DNA from: a virus
Direction: 5' to 3' (one strand)
IMG/VR virus record: IMGVR_UViG_3300033149_003115
Location: 1-64,000 of that record
DNA length: 64,000 bases
A model generated the notes under the pieces. That model saw only the letters and a list, made by a program, of their open reading frames with translations. It made no database searches and was not told the DNA's origin. The stretch's first letter is position 1, and each line of letters opens with the position of its first letter. Of this stretch, positions 54,112 through 63,973 are shown piece by piece. The translations under genes and the position numbers were made by a program.

Positions 54112-54315
54112 ATGTCTAAAGAATATGATGGGTACGTCATTAAGAAGCTCTCCTATAGGGTGTGGCTAGTAGTGTCACCTGAAGGGAGATCATACTATGT
54201 TATCTTAACAGATAGAAAATGGATATGTACCTGTCCTTATTACAATAGGTTTCCAAGAGCTTGTAAACATATTAGATATGTGATCAGGTCTATCATGGAG
54301 GAGAGTAAGAAATGA
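54112..54315 (+). CDS. SWIM zinc-finger protein
   Basis: WICTCP...ACKHI. Confidence 0.8.
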   Translation: MSKEYDGYVIKKLSYRVWLVVSPEGRSYYVILTDRKWICTCPYYNRFPRACKHIRYVIRSIMEESKK

Positions 54316-54783
54316 CCATTTCTCCTTCATCAGGATGTTGGATATCCTCTTCTACCTTAGAAGGTACCTTAGAAGGTACATTTTCTATATTAATAAAATG
54401 TGATATATGTGGTAGAGAAGCTGATATCAGATCTTGCTCTCAGATCTTTGTAAGAGATAAGCAGATATTCCTGTGTGAGGAATGCACAGTGAAAATGTTA
54501 GGTAAGCTAATCACTGTTGTGGATCTCTAGAGGTATTGAAATGAATAACATAGAAGCATTTTATATTACCTTAGACTCTTTTAGACACACAGCTGACATT
54601 AGAGTGGATCTCTCTATTTCAGATCCCTTTAAATGTCATAATTGTGAGGGTTTTATAGACCAGGGGAAAGGATATTTTATTTTAGATCCTAAGAGACACA
54701 AGGTGTTTCACCTCTGTAGAAACTGTGGAAATGAAGTGTTAAAGAAGCTAGAAGTGATAGAATGTTTGTGAGAGTGAATAGAA

Positions 54784-55773
54784 TTGGTTAAACTATCAGA
54801 TATACCTGGAGTGGGTCCATCCACTGTGGAGAGGCTAGAAGCTAAGGGAGTATTAACTGTAGAGCAAATGTCTATTATGGATCCAGAAGAGCTTAAAGCT
54901 ATTCTGGAATGTTCCCTGGCTAAGGCTAAGAAGCTGATCAAAGGAGCTAAGGATCTAAGCAAGGATGCTATCAAGATCCTAGATGGGGATGCACTACTAC
55001 AGGAGAGAAAGAGCAAGATACAAAGAATATCAACAGGTAGTAAGGATCTGGACACTATACTGGGAGGAGGGGTACCAACTGATGCACTAACAGCATGGTA
55101 TGGACAGTTCAGTACAGGGAAAACACAGCTTTGTAACCAGTTGGTTATTAATATGAAGAAACAATACAATAGAAAGTCAGCTTGGATAGAGACAGAGCCT
55201 CAGACCTTGGTGATAGAGAGACTACTAGAAATATCCAAGGCTCAGGGAGTTGACTTTGATCCCAAGACTGATCTATATGTGATAACAGCTAAGTTCATGG
55301 ACTCTCCTGTTCACATGTTCAAGGCATATGAGGCTATAGAGTCTAAGATCAAGATGGGAGAGGACATAGGGCTAATAGTCATAGACTCCTTTAATGCTAT
55401 CTTCAGGAGCACTTACACTGGTAGAGAGATGTTGCCAGCTAGATCAGCTGAAACTGGTAGACATATAGGGTACCTACAGAAGCTAGCATCCAAGTATAAC
55501 ATAGCAGTTGTGATGACTTTACAGGTGATGGGAGTTCCTGACTCTGGTTCTCAGCTTGGAGCCATTAAGCAATATGGGATCAGAGAGGTGCCAGTGGGTC
55601 CTCATGTCCTGAAACATGGGGTTAATTACATGGTTGGATTACAAAGGATATCAGCTAATGACAGAACATGGTCAGCTATAGTGGCAGATGGTCCTGTTCC
55701 TAGGGGAGATTGTGTGTTTGTAATAGATGAGACAGGAATTAGAGACTTCAGGAGTAGAAAGGGAGTAAGATAA
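54784..55773 (+). CDS. radA: archaeal RadA recombinase
   Basis: N-terminal HhH IPGVGP, ISTGSKDLDTILGGG, Walker A GQFSTGKT, LIVIDS, FRSTYTGRE. Confidence 0.9.
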   Translation: MVKLSDIPGVGPSTVERLEAKGVLTVEQMSIMDPEELKAILECSLAKAKKLIKGAKDLSKDAIKILDGDALLQERKSKIQRISTGSKDLDTILGGGVPTDALTAWYGQFSTGKTQLCNQLVINMKKQYNRKSAWIETEPQTLVIERLLEISKAQGVDFDPKTDLYVITAKFMDSPVHMFKAYEAIESKIKMGEDIGLIVIDSFNAIFRSTYTGREMLPARSAETGRHIGYLQKLASKYNIAVVMTLQVMGVPDSGSQLGAIKQYGIREVPVGPHVLKHGVNYMVGLQRISANDRTWSAIVADGPVPRGDCVFVIDETGIRDFRSRKGVR

Positions 55774-56014
55774 ATGAGTAATATAGCTACTTTTTCTATT
55801 AGCCCTAAAACTTGGACATCAGTCAAGAAAAGGTGTCCATTAATAGAGATATGTAATAGGAAAATACCAGAAGACATATTTAAGTTCACTTGTATGTCCA
55901 CTGACTACGTATATTGTGAATACTTTAAGGAACATGCTACTAAGGATATGCTAGACAAGATATTCAAAGAGCCTAAAAAGTGGTTAGCTATGAGAGTAGC
56001 TGAGGACATATAAG

Positions 56015-56347
56015 ATGAATAGCTATCTTGTAGTTCCTTTCTTAGAGACAGTGTACTTCCTCATAGGGTTGAACTTTGGTAGAGCATTTGGTAAGAAGCT
56101 GGATCAAGAGATACAGAGAAGTGAATGGTATAAGAGGAGATCCAAACCTACTAGATGGATGATCAGGAGAATGTTGGACTTTACTCATCACTGGTACATA
56201 GGGGCATTAATGATGATTTATTCTAGCTGTCCAGAAACCTACTGGTTCGGAGCTGGATTACTAATAGACGACTTACCAGACATTCCAAGAAGAATCAAAT
56301 CAGTTTTAGCTGATTTAAAGAAAATGGCAAAAGAAAATAATCCTTAA
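56015..56347 (+). CDS. small membrane-associated protein, probable homing-endonuclease target with replaced 3' end
   Basis: DFTHHW motif; C-terminal part duplicated at 56827-56961. Confidence 0.65.
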   Translation: MNSYLVVPFLETVYFLIGLNFGRAFGKKLDQEIQRSEWYKRRSKPTRWMIRRMLDFTHHWYIGALMMIYSSCPETYWFGAGLLIDDLPDIPRRIKSVLADLKKMAKENNP

Positions 56348-56368
56348 AGATATTATGAGGTTAGAATA

Positions 56369-56821
56369 TTGGACTGGTCTTATATAGCTGGGTTTATAGA
56401 TGGTGAAGGCAATATTGGATTGATGAAAAGACGAGGCACTAAAAGAATAGAACCTTATTTGAAGATGGTGAACTCAAATAGAGAAGTTCTTGAAGAAATC
56501 GAGAAATTCATAGGAGCTGGTGTTGTGAGGTTAAATAACAAAGGTAGCTTTAAAAAGAACTGGAGGAAAACTTATGTTCTTGTGTTCAACTCTAGAGATA
56601 ATATTAGGACTATCTTAAAAAATTGTATAAATGATTTAATAGTAAAACAGAGACAAGCTGAGCTCATGTTAGAGTTCATTAAAATTAGAGATCTCAAATG
56701 TAGATCAGGTTCCCCCTTAAAAGGGAGATCAAGAGGTTCTTCAAGCTTTGATGAAGAATTAAAAATATATGAAGAGATGAAAAAGTTAAACTTTCAACGA
56801 GGTAAGGCACATTATAAATAG
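56369..56821 (+). mobile_element. single-motif LAGLIDADG homing endonuclease gene
   Basis: WSYIAGFIDGEG, LIVKQRQAEL; AT-rich codon usage unlike flanks. Confidence 0.9.
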
Positions 56822-56826
56822 AAAGG

Positions 56827-56961
56827 ATAGGAGCACTTATGATGATTTACTCTAACTGTCCAGAGACTTATTGGTTTGGAGCTGGTATCCTGGTTGATGA
56901 TCTCCCTGATATCCCTAGAAGAGTAAAAGAGGTAATGTCTGATCTGAGGAGAGAGCCTTAA
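56827..56961 (+). pseudogene. displaced original 3' end of the 56015 gene
   Basis: IGALMMIYSNCPETYWFGAGILVDDLPDIPRRVKEVMSDLRREP* versus IGALMMIYSSCPETYWFGAGLLIDDLPDIPRRIKSVLADLKK upstream. Confidence 0.8.
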
Positions 56962-56964
56962 AGA

Positions 56965-57624
56965 ATGACTATCTATGTTGATATCCATGAGCCGTCTTCT
57001 ATGTCCACTAAGCTCAAACACCTTGGGGTGGATGTCAAGGTGATGGACCTTAAGGTGGGGGACTACTGGGTGGGAGATGCCATGATAGAGCGTAAGACCA
57101 TAGATGACTTCCTCAGATCCATAGTACAGAAGAGATACTATAAGCAGCTTTACAACATGATGAAGAACACCAAGAAGGGGATGGTCTACATTACTGGAGT
57201 ATATCCCAAAGTACCTCCGATGAGGAGAGTTGGGGGTAAGCTAAGACCTATAGACATAGAAAGTGTGTTGAGGACTCATAGGATCGTTAGCTATTATTCC
57301 TTTAGAATACCAGTGTTCCATGTTAGCTCTGATGATGATCTCATCAAGGATCTGCTGGAGTATCATACCAAATCAGGTAAGAATGTCTCTCTCAAACCCC
57401 TGGACATCAGACGTAAAGCTGATAGCCTGGAGGATATCAGGACTAACATATTTGGATCCATACCAGGGATAGGGAGGAAGACAGCTAACTACCTGGGTAA
57501 GCATCTCTCTCTAGAGAGTGTGTTCTCCATGTCGGTGGATGAGCTTAGAGATCTTAAAGTAGGAAATAAGAGATTAGGAAAGAGAGGTGAGCACATATAC
57601 AATGTCTTCCATGATAAGAGATAA
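56965..57624 (+). CDS. short XPF/ERCC4 nuclease with HhH
   Basis: IYVDIHE, VGDY, IERKTIDDF, IPGIGRKTA. Confidence 0.85.
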   Translation: MTIYVDIHEPSSMSTKLKHLGVDVKVMDLKVGDYWVGDAMIERKTIDDFLRSIVQKRYYKQLYNMMKNTKKGMVYITGVYPKVPPMRRVGGKLRPIDIESVLRTHRIVSYYSFRIPVFHVSSDDDLIKDLLEYHTKSGKNVSLKPLDIRRKADSLEDIRTNIFGSIPGIGRKTANYLGKHLSLESVFSMSVDELRDLKVGNKRLGKRGEHIYNVFHDKR

Positions 57625-57880
57625 GAAGGATGTTGAGCTAGGAAAGGATATACCCTCTATCAAGAAGCAGCTAGGTAGACCTGTCACATGCTTTGGATGT
57701 GGTAAGATAATAGAGAACCTAGAGGACATCAGGTGGGGTAGAGTAGTGATAGAAATGGGTAATCTAAGGTTTAGATACCTGGCTCCATTCTGTAGTGACA
57801 AATGTGTGGTCACTTATGAGCTGTGAGATGAAATATCGGTTAGTATCGGATCATAGTAACAACCTAAAGGAGGATACGAG

Positions 57881-58909
57881 ATGAGTGAGAAGATACCTAA
57901 GAAAATAGTAGATAGGTTAGTGAAACACTCAGAGCAATATGGAATATCCATGGATGAGCTGAAAGAGGAGTACATGGAATACCTAGGACAAGTGAGAAAG
58001 GAGTTCAGTGATCTACCAGAGAGGAAGCAAAAGGTCCTGGCATACAGAAGACTAAAAGCAAGGCTGAAAGCTGAGGAGGGTGGGATTGGATCCAGAGCAG
58101 TTATGCACAGTGCTTTCTTCATAGGAGAGTCAGGGTTACAGAATACAGCTGATCAGATGATAGCTAAGATAAAGAGAATGTCAACTGAGGAGCAAAGGAT
58201 CTTTCATCCTGATCCCAACACGTGGCTAGACTACAGAGAGGGTGACACCTACCTTAAACCAATAGAGGGATATGATCATAGGACATACTATGCTGTTGGA
58301 TCAAGTGGTAAGGAGATAGACAAGAGCAGGTTAGGATTCATGGCTATACAGGCATGGAGGAAAGCTGCTACAGCCCTGAGCCCTGAGCTAGGGGTTGTGT
58401 ATAACTTCAGAGCTATCAACAATGGAGGGGACAAGCAGCTCAAGTACTATGATCTGAATGCTACTGAGATAACCAGGCTAAGAGAGTCCTCTAAGCAGCT
58501 AACAGAGGATGAGAAAGAGTATCTGATAAGGAACTGTGGATGGGAGATATACACACTAGCAGACTTGGACATGTTGTATAAGACTCATTTCCAAGCTAAT
58601 GAGCTAAATGGGAATAGAGTCTTCGATAGACAACCAGTCTTCATAGAAGCTGATGTCTCTAACATAGTTTTTAGAGATGATAGATCTACCAGAGTGTCCC
58701 TGGATGATGAGCTGGAGACAGGGGATTTCGTTTCAACTGCTTATGTCCCACACTACTTACCTATTAAGTTCAAGCAGGGAGATAGGGTAATATTTCTAGC
58801 AGAGCTTGGAGAGATCACATCCAGGACAGGTGATACCAGCACAGTGCTATTTGTCAAGGGGTACTTTAGAGTCCCAGAGTCTAGTAAAGCAATAGACTTC
58901 CTAGACTAA
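57881..58909 (+). CDS. hypothetical protein, possible OB-fold ssDNA-binding protein
   Basis: helical N-terminus plus beta-rich C-terminal region, acidic/aromatic tail, replication context; fold is inference. Confidence 0.4.
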   Translation: MSEKIPKKIVDRLVKHSEQYGISMDELKEEYMEYLGQVRKEFSDLPERKQKVLAYRRLKARLKAEEGGIGSRAVMHSAFFIGESGLQNTADQMIAKIKRMSTEEQRIFHPDPNTWLDYREGDTYLKPIEGYDHRTYYAVGSSGKEIDKSRLGFMAIQAWRKAATALSPELGVVYNFRAINNGGDKQLKYYDLNATEITRLRESSKQLTEDEKEYLIRNCGWEIYTLADLDMLYKTHFQANELNGNRVFDRQPVFIEADVSNIVFRDDRSTRVSLDDELETGDFVSTAYVPHYLPIKFKQGDRVIFLAELGEITSRTGDTSTVLFVKGYFRVPESSKAIDFLD

Positions 58910-58911
58910 CC

Positions 58912-58934
58912 TATTTATTCCTCTCTTTTTTTTT
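58912..58934 (+). terminator. pyrimidine/T-rich archaeal-type terminator
   Basis: TATTTATTCCTCTC followed by T8 immediately after the stop. Confidence 0.45.
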
Positions 58935-59277
58935 AATGTAAGAGGTGATTTGTTTATGATGATAATTGGAGTAGAGATCAAAGATGCCATAAGGGTAAAG
59001 GGGAGAATAGTCTGGAATAACCCTTATAGGAGAGAGAAAGGACCCAGGTCTGATAAGCATCCTGTGTTTAGAGTTAAGAACAGGAGTCTGAGGACTTTGA
59101 TGTGGTTGTATGGTTTATTTAGAGAGGAGGGTGTTGTCCCATCAGCTATGGATTTTTCTCTATTAACCGAGGTGATCAGTAAGAAGATCGGTATCACTAG
59201 ATATGGAGCTTATGACTATGCTAGAGCATTGTCCTATATTACTTCATAATTAAGTAGAAAAGAGGTGAACTAAGAAT

Positions 59278-60174
59278 ATGAGTGATGGATATAGTAGGTT
59301 ATGGGAAGAGAAGGGTGATGAGTGGGAGATCCTGTATCTAAGCCCTGATGAGATCAAGGGGATATCCCAGTACAATGCTAGGAAGACATTCCCTGATAAG
59401 GAGCTAGAGGAGCTGGTGATCTCTCTGAGAGAAGCTGGTATTAACACCAGACCTATCATCCTGGACCAGCACAATGAGGTGGTGGAGGGTGGTAGAAGAT
59501 ATCAAGCAGCTCTCAAAGCTGGGCTAGAGAAGGTCTTCTGTCTTAGAAAGACCATGACACCTCTGGAGGCTAAAGTAAGATCCTTCATAGAGAACGAGCT
59601 ATCATATGACATGACTGAAAGAGACAGATATCTCTTTGCTAAGGATCTGGTTGAGAAAGAGGGGATCAAGCCAGAGGACATAGCTTTCATAGTGGGAAGA
59701 TCACATAGCACTGTTAGAGAATGGTTAGCCTATGAGAAATACCCAAAGGTGCTCTCAGAATCTGATGCCAGGGATGTGTATGATACTCAGTCAGCTAGAA
59801 AGAGAAAGATCCTGAGGGTCACTATAGATAACCCAGCCTTCCAGGATGATCCAGAGGCTGCTCTCAAGCTAGCAAAACATCTGGACAAGATCAGGCATAG
59901 GACACTGGACGATATTAAGCAGGATGTCAAGGAGGGAGTCTTCAACTCTCATGCATCAGAGAAGGTGGATAGGATAGTGAGGAGGGAGGAAGAGCTCTCA
60001 TCACACCCTGAGAAGTTTAGGCTTAGACATCTAAGGGTCCCTAGAGAGCTGGACAGGAGGCTGATCAAGGTATTCAAGTTTGATTATCCCAAGGATCCAG
60101 TGGAGGATGCTATAGTGAAGATCCTGGAGGACTATGTGAATACAAGAGAAAAAGAGCTGGGGTTTGTACGATGA
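59278..60174 (+). CDS. ParB/Srx domain protein with HTH
   Basis: NARK..., ELVISLREAG...PII...VVEGGRRYQAA, SFIEN, IAFIVGRSHSTV. Confidence 0.8.
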   Translation: MSDGYSRLWEEKGDEWEILYLSPDEIKGISQYNARKTFPDKELEELVISLREAGINTRPIILDQHNEVVEGGRRYQAALKAGLEKVFCLRKTMTPLEAKVRSFIENELSYDMTERDRYLFAKDLVEKEGIKPEDIAFIVGRSHSTVREWLAYEKYPKVLSESDARDVYDTQSARKRKILRVTIDNPAFQDDPEAALKLAKHLDKIRHRTLDDIKQDVKEGVFNSHASEKVDRIVRREEELSSHPEKFRLRHLRVPRELDRRLIKVFKFDYPKDPVEDAIVKILEDYVNTREKELGFVR

Positions 60175-60386
60175 GGGTAGTGATAATCTTTGACACAACT
60201 GAACCATCATTTGAAGCTGAAGTGTTCCATGATGGGGTCAAGAAGAAGAACCTTAGTAACCTGTTCTTGTTACTAAGACCCACTCAGCTTCCCATATATG
60301 AGACCTTCCAGAACATCCTATTTTATGATATTTTAGAAAAAGGGATCAATGCTGTTAAGAAAGAAAGAGTGGTAGAGGAGCTATAG

Positions 60387-62975
60387 ATGAGGCTCTGCCT
60401 GACCAATATAGACTACAAGATAGAGGACAATGCTCCAGTTGTTTACATGTTTGTGAGGGACATAGAGGGGAATAGGTACATCATTAGAGACAATAGCTTT
60501 GAGCCTTATTTCTATATTAGAGAGAAAGACTACAATGTCTTGAGACTGGATGACAAGAGGAGAGGGTGCATTAAGAGAGTTGAGAAGGGGAACTTCAAGC
60601 TCTTAAGGGCTAGTAGAAGAGGAGTGAAGATAGTAACTTATTTACCTGGTCAGGTCAGGGAGCTCAGGAACTGGTTACACTCTATGAGGGATAGGAGGGA
60701 GCATCCCAGAGGGATAGAGACGTATGAAGCTGATGTGTTGTTTGTCTATAGATACCTTATAGATAGGAAGATCATCAATGGGGTGGAGATAGATGACAAG
60801 TATTTCAGGATATGTAAAGACCTTGGATATATCCCCTGGAGTGATGAATATTGTGGACCAGCAAATGTTGAGTTCTCCAGGGTTAGATGTTTGTTTATAG
60901 ATATTGAGGTCACAGACGGGATCCCCAAAGAGGGGTACACATCCCCAGTGACCGTGATAGGGACTTATGACTCTTTCACCAGACAATACCATGTGTTCTA
61001 TTGGAGGGGATCCCATTATTCTATCTCATCTGATCATATCATATACAGCAGATCAGAGGATGGCATGTTTGTTAGGTTCTTGGAGTATGTTAGCAAGATA
61101 AACCCAGATCTTATCCTCTCCTTTACCAAGTTTGACATGTTGTATCTTATCAAGAGGATGAGAAAGATCAGGCTAGATCCCTCAGTGTTATCTCAGATAG
61201 GGACAGTGAAGTGTTATGACAAGATGGAGAGAGTGAGCATAGGTGGTGTTGAGTACATAGACCTGGGACAGGTGTACAAGAAGGTGGTGAGAGGACAGAA
61301 ATGGGAGACTCTGGATGCTATCTCTAACAGGGAGCTAGGGTATGGTAAGAAGAGGCTAAGCAAGGGTGATATATACTCTACCTGGATACATGATTATAGG
61401 AGTGTGTTACTCTATAACCTCAGAGATGTGTTCTTGATCAAGAAGCTAGATGAAAAGCTTGATCTTGTGGATTACTTGGATGTTATCAGGAGAATAGTGG
61501 GGTGTAGGTTCAATGATGCTATGTTTGCAGCTAGAGTGGCTGATATCCTCTACCTGAGGTTGCTAAATGGGAAGCTAGCCTTGTTCTCTAGACCTATGGA
61601 GAGAGCTAAAAGAGGGTACCTGGGAGCAATGGTGTACACAGCTAAGAAAGGTATTTACGATCATGTTGTGTGTCTGGACTATAGGTCATTGTACCCCTCT
61701 ATCATCAGGGCTTACAACATTGGCTATAACACCTATGATCCGATAGCTGGGGATATAGTGATAGCTGAGAACTACAAGTACAGGAGTGATGTCCAGAGCT
61801 GGACTGTTAAGATATTAAATGATCTAAGTCCTCTCCTGGATGAGAACAAGAGAGAGATAGAGAAAGCTAAGAAGGCTAAGGACTTTGCTGAGGTTAAGAG
61901 ACTAAAGAGAAGACGTATGGCTCTGAAGTCTATTGTAAATGGTATCTATGGCTTCTATGGGTATGCAGGGAACCCAGATGAGCATCACCCAGCTGCTAGG
62001 TTATATTCATCCGACATAGCAGAGTCTATCACAGTAGCAGCTAGGAAGCTACTAGAGAAGACATGGAGCATAGTCGGGGATCTGGGGTATGAAATGGTGT
62101 ACTCTGACACAGACTCAGTATTTGTCAAGCTAAAGGGGACTGATAACTACATGGATGAGAGCATGGAGCTTAAAGACAAGATAGAATCCAGGTTGTGGAG
62201 CTATATCAGGGAAAGATGGAGGATAGACCCTTCTAACTTCATACTAGACCTGGAGGATGTCTATAAGAAATTTGTGATATTGACTAAGAAGAGATATAGT
62301 GCTCTGACCATAGATGGGGATAGAATAAACAAGGGACTGGAGATAGTCAGGAGGGATCAATCAGATCTGACGGTGGAGACCCAGAAGGGGTTACTGGATC
62401 TGATCCTTAAGGATGCTCCAGTATCCAGGATTAGGGAGTTTGTCAAGGGACAGATAAGGAAGCTAGACACTGAGCCATTGGAAAGGGTGGGGATAGCTGC
62501 TATGCTTCAACAGAGGAGGGACAGCTACACCAGTGCAGTTATCCATCTCAAGGCATTTGAATTTGCTAATCAGGTGTTGAAGCTCGATCTAGAGGAGGGT
62601 GAGAGGTTCTATTATATCTTCATCAAGCCATACAAGCTAAAGAGAGTGAGGATAAGGATCAGGCTGAGCAGCCCAGTCATGAGCTCTCAGGGAGAGATCT
62701 ATGATGTGGTGAGCGATGAGGGCAAAGGGTACCAGAATAAGAAGATAGCTCACATCACCAGGGACATTATCAGTGATGTGGCTGGGTTCAGATCATCATC
62801 TGATCTTGAGAGAGCTCCTGGGATAGTTGTGGACAAGGAGAGGTTATTGGATCGTACTATAAAGAGCAAAGTGGAGGATCTCCTAGATCTGGTGGGTTTA
62901 TCATGGAGTGAGATATTAGATGAGACAAGGAACCAAAAGAGATCAAGGCTTGACTACTATTTCTCATCAAGCTAA
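60387..62975 (+). CDS. polB: family B DNA polymerase, archaeal type
   Basis: ExoI DIE, ExoIII YNLRD, DYRSLYPSII, KSIVNGIYG, YSDTDS, KKRY, KGLEIVRRD; PIP-like RLDYYF near C-terminus. Confidence 0.95.
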   Translation: MRLCLTNIDYKIEDNAPVVYMFVRDIEGNRYIIRDNSFEPYFYIREKDYNVLRLDDKRRGCIKRVEKGNFKLLRASRRGVKIVTYLPGQVRELRNWLHSMRDRREHPRGIETYEADVLFVYRYLIDRKIINGVEIDDKYFRICKDLGYIPWSDEYCGPANVEFSRVRCLFIDIEVTDGIPKEGYTSPVTVIGTYDSFTRQYHVFYWRGSHYSISSDHIIYSRSEDGMFVRFLEYVSKINPDLILSFTKFDMLYLIKRMRKIRLDPSVLSQIGTVKCYDKMERVSIGGVEYIDLGQVYKKVVRGQKWETLDAISNRELGYGKKRLSKGDIYSTWIHDYRSVLLYNLRDVFLIKKLDEKLDLVDYLDVIRRIVGCRFNDAMFAARVADILYLRLLNGKLALFSRPMERAKRGYLGAMVYTAKKGIYDHVVCLDYRSLYPSIIRAYNIGYNTYDPIAGDIVIAENYKYRSDVQSWTVKILNDLSPLLDENKREIEKAKKAKDFAEVKRLKRRRMALKSIVNGIYGFYGYAGNPDEHHPAARLYSSDIAESITVAARKLLEKTWSIVGDLGYEMVYSDTDSVFVKLKGTDNYMDESMELKDKIESRLWSYIRERWRIDPSNFILDLEDVYKKFVILTKKRYSALTIDGDRINKGLEIVRRDQSDLTVETQKGLLDLILKDAPVSRIREFVKGQIRKLDTEPLERVGIAAMLQQRRDSYTSAVIHLKAFEFANQVLKLDLEEGERFYYIFIKPYKLKRVRIRIRLSSPVMSSQGEIYDVVSDEGKGYQNKKIAHITRDIISDVAGFRSSSDLERAPGIVVDKERLLDRTIKSKVEDLLDLVGLSWSEILDETRNQKRSRLDYYFSSS

Positions 62976-63428
62976 TCCTAACATAGTGATCACATATCTT
63001 GATCTTGATGACTATCCACACCCTAAGCTTGATCTATCACCACCATACACTTACTCGTTAATATCTTATTGTTATGAGTGTAAAAAGAAGTTCAAGCCTA
63101 ATGATAAGATTATATGGTATAGAGATTTTAAAGACATCTATAGACCCTACTGCTCTATGAGATGTCTAGTCAAGCATATTCTTTAAAGCTAAGGATATAT
63201 TCCTCTTTTCTTATTTTAGATCACACTAGAGGAGAATAATATGCCTAAACCCTTGTATAAATATTCTATGTGGTTATGTCCTCAATGTGGTAAAGAGCTA
63301 AGTGTCTCTAGTGTCAAGTATCATAAAATAGACAATGGTGTGTTCAAGAGTGATAAGGTGATAATAGAGACTACTTATGAGTGTAAAGTATGTGGGTGGT
63401 CTTACTGGGAATCAGAGGAGGTATAGAC

Positions 63429-63767
63429 ATGGAGACCAGGGTTCTTCTTAAGGAGTACTTTAAGGATAAGATAGTGAAGGATAAGAAATGTCCTTATTGT
63501 GACCAAGTGTCATTAGTCTTACAAAGGGATGTTGACTACCACACATTACGTTCTTACTACTGGTGTACTGAGTGTGGATTTGCTATAAGCTCTTACTTAT
63601 TAGATAACCCTGAACATGCTGAGGATGCTTTGAAAGTAGCTGTGGAATGGTATAACGAGCTATTGGAGAAAAAGAAGGGGTTAGAAAGAAGCTTAGGGTA
63701 TGTAACTGACAGGCTAAGGAGAGCTGGTAAGAAGGTACTGAGATCAGTGGTGATCGATGAGCTATGA
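63429..63767 (+). CDS. zinc-ribbon protein with coiled coil
   Basis: CPYC...CTEC; GGAGGT RBS; tail VIDEL. Confidence 0.6.
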   Translation: METRVLLKEYFKDKIVKDKKCPYCDQVSLVLQRDVDYHTLRSYYWCTECGFAISSYLLDNPEHAEDALKVAVEWYNELLEKKKGLERSLGYVTDRLRRAGKKVLRSVVIDEL

Positions 63768-63973
63768 CCAGGTGCGAGTCCTGTGGATCTTTCTTTAATG
63801 GGAGGGGATCCAACAATCTATGCTTAAGGTGCTTCCTGAAGGTTCTGGAACATTTCCCATTCTTGAAACATCTGTTGTACTCATCTGATGAGCTCTTTGA
63901 TCTATACTTTACCACTTATTATGATGAGCCAGTTGACAAGATCAGAAAAATGATAATAGCTGAAATACTGTAG
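63764..63973 (+). CDS. small Cys-rich protein related to family A
   Basis: CESCGSFF...CLRC; tail IAEIL. Confidence 0.6.
   Translation: MTRCESCGSFFNGRGSNNLCLRCFLKVLEHFPFLKHLLYSSDELFDLYFTTYYDEPVDKIRKMIIAEIL

Noticed and set aside
54354-54379. 12-bp tandem duplication ACCTTAGAAGGT x2 (TLEGTLEGT)
   Set aside because: Two copies only, in frame; ordinary slippage, not Borg-like tandem repeat arrays.
56348-56826. Group I or bulge-helix-bulge intron, or intein, around the LAGLIDADG gene
   Set aside because: The upstream gene is complete with its own stop and the downstream segment is a duplicate, so no splicing is needed; no intein termini seen.
1584-63915. Minus-strand ORFs in the track (e.g. 13638-14114, 49539-50183, 54708-55169)
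   Set aside because: Nearly all lie antisense to well-supported + strand genes, are Ser/Leu/Ile-rich shadows and show no motifs.
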